From Gnetum montanum (Eukaryota; Plantae; Gnetophyta): 64,000 nucleotides of DNA. Made by a program: the position numbers and the translations under genes. Under the pieces are notes generated by a model. That model was not told the DNA's origin and did no database searches. It saw only the letters and a program-made list of their open reading frames with translations. The DNA is taken from the NCBI GenBank assembly GCA_015680685.1, contig MNCI01000952.1, positions 742,050 through 806,049 of the forward strand. The letters run 5' to 3'. Positions 24,860 through 36,900 of this stretch are shown one piece after another (position 1 is the stretch's first letter; every line of letters starts with the position of its first letter).

Positions 24860-27800
24860 GGACCAGATCTATCAAGAAGACTTGACAATATAAAATTGGC
24901 GACGACGCCGGAGCTAAAGAAGATAGGCACGTAACAACGAACGACTAGACCAAAACCACCAGCAACGTAGCTGTTTATCTTTCAAAAATAATTCCTCGCG
25001 GATAAAAAAGATAAGTCACCGTAACAAGATCAACCACCAGTCAAAAATTGCAAACTAATCTTTAAAAACGGTTTAAGATTCAAAGCTGAATATGGTAGCT
25101 CACTAGTTCACGTAGGAAATTGGTGGAAATAAAAGGCAAACCTTTTCGCAATTACTGAAAACTGAGAGAAACATGAGCGGCAGGCAGGCGGACAGCAGTA
25201 AAGCACGAGCTTTGACGAGGATGCAATACCTTCAAGTTCATGCCATTCGATTTTGTTCAAAGTTCAACGAGCACGACGTCCTGTGCGGGGCCTACGTTCT
25301 GCCAAAATTCAAGCCAAAGTCCACCAACGTGTACCCCGCCAGCGCTGAGTGGGCTGTCCCTGTTTTATCTTCGTTTCATGTTCATCTCCATATGCAAGCA
25401 CGCCAACGTGCGTTTACTTTGCCCGTGCCTCCACCCCCTTCCTTGGTCTACGACCACGTAATTCCCCCAGTTCACTGTTGATCACAAAAATTTTAAAAAA
25501 CCAAAACAAAACAGATTATCCGACCCTCCCTCACAGACGGCTTCTAGAATTCCAACGCCTCATGACGCATTGCGGAAGTTAAGGCTAGTACGTTCTTGAC
25601 TTGAAATTCTGTTCCGACTTGTATACTTCTAGTGGGAGAACCCATGACACGGCTCCTTCGGCCTATTTAGACGACTGCAGTGCAAAGCTCAAGAATCGTT
25701 TTGCCGAATTGCAACATTCCGAAAATTCCATAATCATTTAAAACTGGGGAGCCGTTCTCCGGGGCTTGTCCAAGTAATCGTTCTACAGGTTTGCTACTGA
25801 CGTAAGTGCTTTCGTGCAGCAGCAGCCGGAGAATGGAAGCAAGCGCGATAAGGCGGGTCCTAATTGCCAATCCATGATTACGGGATTCACTATATCTTGC
25901 AAGAGGAGGAGCAGTCGCGTATCAGCAAGAGCTTCTTCTGCCGGAGCTGTTGGGAAGGACGACAGAATTTAAACGAACGTCCTGCATCAGCGCTGGACGT
26001 ATAATTGGAGTTGCAGATCCGGCGTCGTCTACAGAGACAGACAGACAGACAGAAAGGGAGAAAAAGAGCAAGAGTATACGACAGTTTAGTGGATCCACTG
26101 ATTGAGGGCAGGCGGACATTCAGCGATTGGCGGTAATGGCGGTCCCGGTAACGCTGGACTGGGAAGGGAGTCTTCGTCGCGGAGGGATCAGCGACGATGA
26201 GGCCAACAACAATTTCCGCTTTCCGGGGCGGAGCAGCAGCAGCGTCCGCGACGACGAGGACGCCCTGCGATGGGCTGCTCTCGAGAAGCTTCCTACGTAC
26301 GATCGCCTTCGTCGGGCGATTCTTCGCGATGTCACCGACGGTGCCGTCGCCACGGACGTCCGCGACGTCACCACGTTCCGCAGCGGCACCCGCCGGCGCT
26401 TCATCGATCGCATCCTCGTCGACCAGGACGAGTTCCTGGCCAAAGTCAAGGACAGAATTGAAAGGTCCGTCTGTCTCAATTCTCAAATCCTGATTCAATT
26501 CTCGTTCGTTGTGGGTTTTTGTGGCGGCCTCTGCCTGAATTGCCACGGCTCTTGTTGTGGGTTTTGCTTTTTCTTTTCATCTCTTTGGTGGCTTTTTCTG
26601 GGCTTGTTTATCATGAATTGGAAATGGCTGGTTCTAATGTTGCATGGATGGATTCAGGGTGGGGATGACGACGCCAACTATCGAAGTGCGATTTGAGCAC
26701 CTGTGCGTAGACGCCGATGCCGAGGTTGCCAAGCGTGCTCTTCCTACGGCTATCAACTCCACCGTTAACGGCATCCAGGTGCGCTTTCAGTTTTTGCTTC
26801 AGCTGCAAATTTTGTCCACTGTTTGCGTTGTCGGGAAAAATTTTGCCGTTTTCAGGCAGTATTGACTTTGAGTCAGACTTCTCCGTCGGTTTTTTTTAAA
26901 AAAATTTCTGATCCAGTAGTAATGTCGTATCGGTCGATTGGTCAACCGGTTGGCAGCAGTATCGAATGTAATCCTTCGATGTGGTTTTAGTGCTTGTAAA
27001 TGGGTCATCATAAGAATGATACGCTGCTTTAAATATCTTTCTTAGATGCGAAAATCGCTCGGGCCATGTGGCGCTAACTTGGCAGGCCATAGACTGCACA
27101 AAAAAGGTATCCGGTGGGGCCTACTGCAGTGATGGAGGTTTTAGTGTGGAACCCACAACAATGACTGGATCCTTGAGTGGAATCAGATTCATATTTCATT
27201 CGTTTACTTTATCTGTTTTTAAATTGTTTCTGGTGGCCAAGGTCCCAGCACCAGCGAGAACATCGGAAAATTCCGCGAACGCAGATTGGAATCGTGGCGT
27301 CAGCGCCTTTCTCTTGTCTGCCATGTAATTAAAGAAACTTTGGTAACGGTCAGGGTCTACATCATGAACGCTTGCGTCGCTTATAAAAATCGAAATGGAT
27401 TCGGTTCCACAAGAATAATAATAAAATAGATTTGCGGGTCATCAGGACAAATAGTGTCCAAAGTAAATGGGGCGGAAACAGGGTCGCGGAAGCGCCGCTA
27501 GACTGCGAAAACTGGCAAAATAGTTGGATACTGTCAGTGTGCCAGCTAATAGACTGTATGGGCTGACGGCAATTCAGAGGCTCAGCCGATCACCATTCGC
27601 AGTCCAGCACAGTTGTGTCTGTACGCCAACATAACAAATATGTCCAGTCTTGTAGCGTGCGGAATGCCATGTGCCAGTGTTATTTTGCCTAAGCGACAAG
27701 AAAGTAAGACAAATTCTTTTTCCTAATTTGCTTCTTACGCCAGGGAGGCCCACACAACAAAAAGGGGTCGAATATCAGAATTCCGGATACTGGCCGTATA

Positions 27801-27900
27801 CGTTTTAATGGATACATTTTGGTACTAGAAGTGTATGGCGGCGAATTTGATACACTTTCTGATAAAATTTGACCGAATAATAAGCTCGTAGGGTATGTAT
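24860..27900. promoter_or_regulatory. CpG-rich island covering the PDR promoter, exons 1-2 and the 5' part of intron 2
   Basis: Abrupt rise in CG dinucleotides and GC content relative to the CpG-depleted TE flanks. Contains TGACG, ACGT cores, W-box-like TTGACT (~25596) and a (GACA)n tract at ~26030-26051. Confidence 0.6.
25798..25817 (+). promoter_or_regulatory. ocs/as-1-like element (TGA bZIP site) upstream of the PDR gene
   Basis: TGACGTAAGTGCTTTCGTGC matches the ocs consensus TGACGTAAGCGCTTACGTCA at 16/20 positions. It lies ~320 bp upstream of the ATG and ~75 bp upstream of a TATA-like CTATATC (~25890). Confidence 0.55.
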
Positions 27901-30900
27901 GGCTAACTGACCGTCAAATTCCGAGCTACCAATACAAAAGATAGATGCTAGATTGTAACAACGTTGCCTCAACATTGTTCGACACTCTAAAGAATTCACT
28001 AAGATCCAATGGATTTGGGGTGGAAGATTTGGAGAATATGCCTCTAACAAGCAGGCATCTCAAGAAAGAGTGTAAACAACACAACTTCTTAATATATGTA
28101 TGGGAATGCACCTCAAGGAGGATAACTAACTCCAAACAAGGACCATGCAAACAAGCACACAAGCAACCCTGTAGACAACATTAGTAGAAGGGGAAACGAT
28201 GCATCTACAAGGGGTGGTGCCTCACCCCCATATCCCTTACAATCTAGTACAAGGTGTGGCTTGGCACCACACTAGAACTATCCAATCTTGGCTACCTACA
28301 TATCTACGATCATCGTAGAATCAAAGCCATGTAGTTCTCCACATGAGGGTAGTATGAAGAAAACTTAGAGAGAGTTGCAATAGGAGGGTGTCCTGCTGCT
28401 GACTTGGTACCACCAAGTCGGGATGGGTTTTTTAACACTTGAGAGTCACCCAAGGGCACCTCAGAGTGTTCTATGGCCCCTGAACCATGGGAAGAGCCTA
28501 GGAGAACCACCACACTGGGACATCTCTCACAATCCTCCCCCACACAAAGAAGCAACATCCTTGGAGCAGAGCCTAGGTTGACTTCGAGAGTACATTTCAA
28601 GTATGGATTTGGAACTCCATCAACTCCAGGGAATTTGTCATCTCATCTAACGCCAGGCTTGAAGGAAGGTACCAATCCCAACACCTGATGCGTCCTTCCA
28701 TCCAATGCCTTGTATGAAACATAAAGGGCACTTGGAGAAATTCCCAAAGACTTTCTGAACTCTATGACAAGTGGGAGTAGCCCAACCCAAAGGGCCAACG
28801 TCTCTAAGGCATTCCCTAGATTCATCCCTTCTTAGGTTTAGAGACTTATCTTCTTGCATAGACCCATACCTATGCAAGAAGACATCTACTCTTCCACAAG
28901 TCTGGCTAAGTTCCTTTGTGAATGGCATCTCAGCACCCATCAATTTTCTTTGATTTTTTTTATCATCAATTTTGAGGGCTCACCAGGGCCACTACCCATG
29001 GTGATGGACTTGGGAACATAAAATCAAGAGGGAGAACATGCTCCAAAAGAGCCATGTCTCCGCAAGCAACTCAAGCTTGCTAGAACTCCATGTTCTCTAA
29101 GAGGCCATCATAACTTACAAACCCAAACTATCATCAACAACCTTTGCAATTGTCCAACATCGAGAATGCTAGATCGAATGTTAGAACAAGTGGAGGATAT
29201 GTTGGGAAGTCATCCCCAAGACAATCCTCCATACACAAGTCTCATGTCAACCGCTACCACATCATCAATTGCAACCATAATGTCCCCATTCATGGGAAAG
29301 GATCAACCGCACTTGCTACTTACAAGTTATCCTTCCCACTCTAAGATATGGGACAAGCACCATTTTTTGAACACTTGGTCCAGGGAAGCATGTAGAGTTA
29401 CCTCTGAGGGCAACCACGATTATGAATTCTCCAAGGATCATCTAGGTTCCCAGAATTTGAATTTTCCTACCTTGTCAAGAACGACCGCAACTCCCAATCA
29501 ACATCTTTCATGGGGTTTTTGAACTTGAAGAAAGGATCCTCTCTGGGAGGTTTCTTCCATTGGCAAGTACAGTAGCCTAGCTGCACCTTACCCCTGATAC
29601 ACATCCAAGTAGTCCACATAGCCAACAAAATAGTAATGTTCAACTTTTACCAGCTGAGGGAAGACATGGATTTACAAGTCTTACCCAAATTCGATTCCAC
29701 CTTAAGAACAACTCAAGAAGTGAAAGAGTTCATACCTTAAAATTTTATCAAGAGGGATTTCTATTTTATCGTGGGAGGTTTGGGTTTTTGATTCATGCAT
29801 CCTAATCTAACCCGTTTACAACAATTGTGGTGCACAAGGCTGCACCACTGCCTATTACCATTCAGCCCAAACAACAAACGCAAATCAACAAGAACATTTT
29901 GCCCATAGGAGGACTAGGTCCTTAAGATAATTTTACAAAGAATGGGCTTCACCAACATCAACTACAAACTCAAACCAATGCATAATTCATCCTTGAAGGG
30001 TTTACAATAAGGGTGGTCTACTAGAGAACCCCAATAAGGAAGTCCCTCTGGAGGCCCCAAAAGTTGAGAGAGATTACATAAAATCATGCCTTGCTTACAA
30101 GAAGGGAGATATATACATTTAGGCTACATCAACAACATGGCCTCACAAAGGAGCTTCCATGAATTTCACCAAGGTAATAACATTCTGTCTCTGAAAACAA
30201 GCCCCAAGAGTTCGCAAACATGGGACCATTGCTAGAAACAAGTCCCAAACATCAACTGCTTCTAGATCCCAACTAGGGAACAACTGTCTCGATACCACTT
30301 GCCTTGTTATTTCAGGAACTGAAGAGGGCATCCATCGAAATGGAGAATGACCTTGCATAGGATTAGAGAATCACCAAGTAATATAGTGCTCCACCAAAGA
30401 GGTGAGGACACTAACATGAATTAACAATACACTAGAGAAATGGGACAATACATTAGGGAGAGATGGTGTGATACATTAGTGTACTCAAGGAATAGGGTAC
30501 ATGGAGAAGATTTGACAAGACACCATAGCCTGCTAGGCATAATGAATCCCAAGTCATGAAATCACACCATAGTCCACAAAGCACCAATAAGTCCCAAGCC
30601 ATGAGAGAACATCATAGGCCTCAAAAAAACCATAAGCAACCAGTCACGAGAGCACAACAACATCCACAAAGCATTAGAAGCCCCCAATCATGAGAGCATA
30701 GGCTCAAGTGTTTTTGAGCACATTCAAGCCCACCAAGCAAGGCCACCAAGAGAAGTCACAATTTTTGTAATTGTAACATCATTTATTCAAGGATGGACCA
30801 CCATCCCAACATTTGTAAAACTGCTCCACAATCACATCTAGCATGGAAGAGGGAGTCTAGGTGTCGATACCCAGAACTCAACTCTACTCCATAGCTAGAC

Positions 30901-33900
30901 ATCACAACATCACCTTAATTTGAATTTTAGTCTACCATTGCAATTCACATGGCCATCGTGAACCACGTGCTATCAAGATCAAGCACATCAAACCAACTTT
31001 TTTGTATTTCAGGCTACATACCACCATCAATCATCTATGGATAAGATTTCTACCAGTCCAGGAACCCAAGAGGAAGTTTTCCAAAGACTTGTCCTGTCTC
31101 AAGAACGTTCACCGAAGGACACACCATCAAGACATGCCAATATCACCAAGAACACATGGCACTAGTTCAAGAGCACGTTGGGCAAGGACATGCCCTGGCC
31201 TCCTTGATACAACATCATATCGTAATAAGAGAATTTTCCATGGGGTTTTTAGCAGAATTACACATCAAGGAACAACGGTTGTTTACAACATATAGAGAAG
31301 GTGCTTCAAGAACAAGCACCAGGAAAACACCATACATCAAGCTTGGCCTTGTCACAGGGTGTGGCATAGGCCTACAATAAGGAGACAATTGGCTCACATA
31401 GGGCAATGACATCTAGCACTTTTGTGTGCATTAACTATCAAAAATGAGAATCTCACAATGTTACATTACAATCTCACACACCCAAGGATAAGAATACATT
31501 TAGGGAGCACAATACATGGTATTTGGGAATGCTACCTAGGCCTCAAAGGCTATAGGACAAACTACCCAAGCCCATCCTAAGCTGAAAGGTTTAGGCCACT
31601 AGGATCATACCATGAAAGCATCATGCTATTTTGAGAAAAACATATCTCTGTCGTGGAATATACACGATCATCTATCACACTGCATCCACTATCTCAAAAC
31701 GTACACAAACAACCATTGCACTAAACTCACTGCATGACTGCCATCGAACAAAAACAATTCGGGACACAAGCACAACGATTGAATAACAAAACACGCCAAC
31801 TAAGTATCCACCACCTACCACAGTGGAATCTCAAAGCATTGGCCACTCCTGGGCCATTAGTATCTAGCATGGCCAAGGGTACCATTTCATGCCATATGCT
31901 AACCCAATATCTGTAGGGTCTAGGATGGATCATCATCCTCTATTAGACCTCACCCAACACATAGAGGCAAACAAATCATGATGTACATGTTGTTTCATCA
32001 TAGACAAGGTACTGATAAATCCACAACCCAATGTTGGGATTCTAAGACCAAATAATTAGTTCATGAAGGCCTCAAGAGCACATATCTTCCCCATAGACAG
32101 TGCTCACAGAATCAACTGAGGTCACTACTGGCTACATCTTTGTACCTATGCTACCTGCAAAGATTGAGACAAAACTTCAGAAATAGAGAAGTTAGCAGGA
32201 ACATGATCAGCACATTAGCCTCATACACAACCATCAAGCATGATCATATAACAGAGAAATATCTCTCTCGCAACATCCTAACAAGCAAAACCTTAGCAAC
32301 ATGCATAGAGATCAATCATGCAAAATATTGATGGGCCAATTAGATACACTCACATAAAAGAATTCATCATGAGGCACACCCAAAGAGAGCTAGGACACTT
32401 TCAAAATTTCAAGATTCATATATAACAAATATTCCCAACCACAAACATTGGTTCCAACTAGGATCAAAATCTCAACCCAGTCATAAGAGGCATGGGCAAT
32501 AGAGAATCGTTATCTCAACTCAAAAATAAGGTGGAAGACCAAGGTTTAGCCAACAATTGGTCTCCATAAAACCAATTCTCATTATTACGAGCAACATCAA
32601 GGAGGATGCATCCACAAGAAAGACTCTCATCAAAAGAGGTGTGGTCTCAATAAGAACCAACAATAGGATGATCCACACTAGAAGCCTTCGAATCAAAGTG
32701 CCCAAAGAAATGTCACTAATCAAAAGAGTGATGCCACAGATCTAAGGGCAACACAACTAGCTCAAACAAGGGAGCACAACTCACGAAACATTAGCCACAA
32801 GGGCAATCATGCCCCACACACAAGAGGTTGTTGAAACAAGACAATAAACATTTGGCTTTGGGATGGCACAAACAACCTCAAAATGCATCCTTAACAATCC
32901 CAAAAACAAATCATCACACCGTGTAGAACACAAAGCCTTGCATTACAAACAATAGACACGATGAAAGTAACACACATGTAGAATTTGAAAACGCAACCAA
33001 GAAGACACACATACACAAATAGAAAAACATACAATCACAAGCACGAACGTACGAAGTCTACCAGCAATGATCTTAATCCACCTAGAATAAGGCTCACCAA
33101 AAGCACATGTTCGAATGCCCTCCATCCTAAGGTAACTGGGAACCAACATGTTCCAATTTGTATTTCTCATACTCACTGTATCTAGGGTGAGTGGGAGTGC
33201 AAGGATATCACATCTTGCATGATTCAATCAATGCCATCTTGATACATGTCATCTAGGTGGAAACCGAAGTAGAGACTAGGTCCAATTCATCCTAGATGAA
33301 TCACTGGAGACCAAAGATAAAAGCTCCTCAAGCAACAATGATTTATGAGTTGCCAATAGAACTCTCCTCTACCATATTAAGTGAAACCACAACTAGTCCA
33401 ACCACAAGTAAACAAGTGGAGAACAATACCACAATGCAATCGTATACATCCTCAAGGAGAACAACATACATCAGTTGCTCACAATGTAACATCGGTCCCC
33501 TCATGAAGAGCGTAAAAATATTTCCATAGGGCAACTCTTCAAAGAATACATAAGGATATGATCCTAGATCACCTAGGTATCAATTCGAAGGGACCATTAA
33601 TAGAAGAACCTCAATGGAGTAACACAACCAATGAGCACATGCATATCACAACACGATTTCAAAAATGCTCCGATACCATCTGTAACAATGTTCCCCCAAC
33701 ATTGGCCGACACCCTTTGGCCGACACCCTAAGGAATTCACTAAGATCCAATGGATCTAGGGTGGAAGACCTGGGGAATATGCCTCTAACAAGCAAGTATC
33801 CCAAGAAAGAGTGCAAGTAGCAACAAAACTTCTTAATATATGTATGGGGATACACCTCAAGGAGGATAACTAACTCCAAACGAAGACCATGTAAACAAGC

Positions 33901-36900
33901 ACACAAGCAACCATGTAGACAACATTGGTGGAAGGGGAAACGANCCTTGTAGATGCATCGTTTCCCCTTCCACCAATGTTGTCTACANGATCTAGTACAA
34001 GGTGTGGCTTGGCACCACACCAGAACTATCCAATCTTGGCTGCCTACATATCTACAACCACCATAGAATCACGGCCATGTAGTTCTCCACGTGAGGGTAG
34101 TATGAAGAGAACTTAGAAAGAGTTGCAATAGGAGGGTGTCCTGCTACTGACTTGGTACCGCCAAGTTGGGATGGGTTTTCTAACACTTGAGAGTCACCTA
34201 AGGGTGCCTTAGAGTGTTCCATGGCCCTTGAACCATGGGGAGAGCCTAGGAGAACCACCATGGGACATCTCTCACATAGATAGTCATCCCTTTACCCAAT
34301 TTGTTGTTTAGGATAGGAAGATGCATGTAGTTGAATAATATGCCATTATGGAGCAGTATTACTTACCAGAACTGTAATTCAATGACGAGTGGTATTTAAT
34401 ACAACAGTAATAATGCTATAGGATAAAAAATGAAGATGATCACTGATCTTGATGATTTCTTGTAGGACAATAGTTTTGGAACAAAATTGCTTTTCAGAGA
34501 AATACTTTTCTTTGACGTTGCTTTGATAGTAGTTTCTGAGGTTCTACCGACTGCAATAGGCTACTGAGTTTGCACCCAACATGGATAAATTAACAAACCA
34601 TCTCAAACACCTAGAAAGGCCAAAATAACATTACAAAAACTTACACAATAACTGAAATAGGAAAATACAACATAAAAGCAACAATGCACACAGTTGGTTT
34701 CTCGGTAATTTGGCATCCATGGTTGATGTTGAATGAGTATACTTCATGATGGCATTCTTGATAATAACAATGCCTCAACATTGGGTACGCTAAAAATCTA
34801 TGTTCGCAATCTAAAGTCAAAACAGAATTCATAAACCTAGGATGTGTTGACTTCAAATCAAGAGTTGAGATTTTGATTTCGTTCATGCAATTTTATGACT
34901 TACCTTGTTCGTGCATTTGAAATCTCGTACAAATAATTCAATGTTCTTGTATCAACATGATACTTATTGCTGAAAAGTTTCAAGCCATAGTAACAATTCA
35001 TACTATCATTCAAGAATCACGTATGGGCTTTCACTTTAGCATAGTGTTAGTGTTTCAGGCATAAAGCATCCAAAGTCTTAGATTTAATCTAGGGTAGCAT
35101 CCTGATGTAGTACACTTGTACCCTCTCTAAAATATGATGGATCCACACTATTTTCAGAACCCATAGCATTAAGGATAAGCACTGTTGAGGCTTACTGCTA
35201 GTTGGTACATATATTCGTTCGTTTTGTGGACTGAACCATAACTCAACTTTCTTTTGGAGTGATTTAATTTCACATCAAAAGGTCCTTAACAAAAAAATCA
35301 TGTTGAAAAGTATGGTTTAATCGATGCAGGTTTCAAATTATATCCTAATTTCATGCTACCTCTGATCTTCTGGCCGTCTCCTCACATTAGTATTGAGTTA
35401 CTGCTGTGGGTAACAATTAGTTTAGTCTATGAAATATTTTGTTTTGTATGAAAAGAAAGATGAACTTTTAGCGTGATTTGATTTCCCTTGGCAAACAATA
35501 TCTCGAAGGATTTGATGAATTTCACACAGGTTTTCAAATTATGTTGTAATTTGATGTTATCCCAGTTCTGTGTGCATTTAGTTATTGAACACTTAATGTA
35601 TTTGACAGGATCTAGTTCTGTTCCTTTCTTTGAGTCTTCATATCTCGTGTAAACAGCTGGGATTAAACTTTTAACATGCAAGATGCCAGTGCACATATCT
35701 TACCAGCAAACTTATTTAGTATTCCTAATTACTTTAGAAGATGAATGTGGCTTAGCTTCTTTGAAAAGACCTGTGTCCTGCCTTCCATAGTTTACATGTT
35801 TGATGCTAATGTTTTATTCTGATTTCATAGTTTCGGAGGGTCTTTCAAAAAACATTACAGAGAAAAATCTGTATTAACCATTTTGAACCTTAACCTTCGA
35901 CCCTTCCACACGGATCCTTGAACTCTTTTCTGGATGTAATAACATTTTACTTTTAACTGCATGTTATGTGCTGTCGTATTGTGTGGTGATTACCATTTGA
36001 TGCCACTTGCTTCATGTCAGTGATTTCACGAATCAATTTTTACGTAAGGCTGTATGATTGAAATAAGATTGCGTTAATGTTCAGGGAATTCTAAGCTTTC
36101 TGAGAATTGTACGATTAAAGAAAAAGACTTTGCAAATTCTCTCCGATGTCAATGGTATTCTGAAACCCGGCAGGTATGCTGCAGACCTGAATTCTAAATT
36201 TCTAATAAAACATGAGAAATCATTTTTTCCCTCCATTCCTAAAATGATATAATTGTGGTAATCAGAATGACGCTTCTGCTTGGTCCGCCTGGCGCTGGTA
36301 AATCAACATTGCTAAAAATTTTAGCAGGGGAGCCCGATTCCAATCTCAGAGTAAGCATACTCTTTATTGATGTCAACATGATTATAACATTCTAGCATTA
36401 AGTTAAAACTTTACCTTAACGCTTGTAGGTGACCGGAAGAGTTACGTATAATGGGCACACATTTGATGAGTTTGTGGCACAAAGAACATCGGCTTATATT
36501 AGCCAATACGATCTGCATTTTGCTGATATGACGGTCAGAGAAACCTTGGATTTCTCTGCACGTTGTCAAGGTGTCTCCTACAGATATGGTGCGTACTGTC
36601 ATTGTCATTCCCACCGTTTTGGAGCGAGTTTCCTTTACTTTTGTAGCATGTCAACTCTAATTTCTATAACAAGTTTGTTCCTTTTCCAGACATGCTTCAA
36701 GAGCTTGCAAGGAGGGAGAAGCAAGCAGGAATCAAACCAGATTCAGATGTTGATGTGTTCATGAAGGTACTGAATGATATGTATAGTTTTATACAAGAAG
36801 CGTAGCGTTCTGACTTGAAGCTTATCTTCTGGGATTGTTTTAATGGGGTTCTAATTGGTTTGCGTTGTTTTCATCTTGCTCCAGGAAACTGCAATAGAGG

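Noticed and set aside
25173-25582. Short ORFs upstream of the PDR gene
   Set aside because: No domain similarity or splice structure; they lie in a GC-rich promoter where chance ORFs are common.
25890-26546. 218-aa antisense ORF and other overlapping ORFs over PDR exon 1
   Set aside because: Expected by-product of a GC-rich coding exon; no recognisable domain.
29915-29990. Plus-strand [19 protein letters not shown] resembling an integrase GPY/F motif
   Set aside because: Needs a frameshift and is opposite to the orientation set by PBS and PPT; cannot be distinguished from chance without a profile search.
33914-33990. Perfect inverted repeat (hairpin) in the 5' LTR of the intronic element
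   Set aside because: The inverted segment is bounded by N at 33944 and 33988 and is absent from the partner LTR, so it is an assembly artefact.
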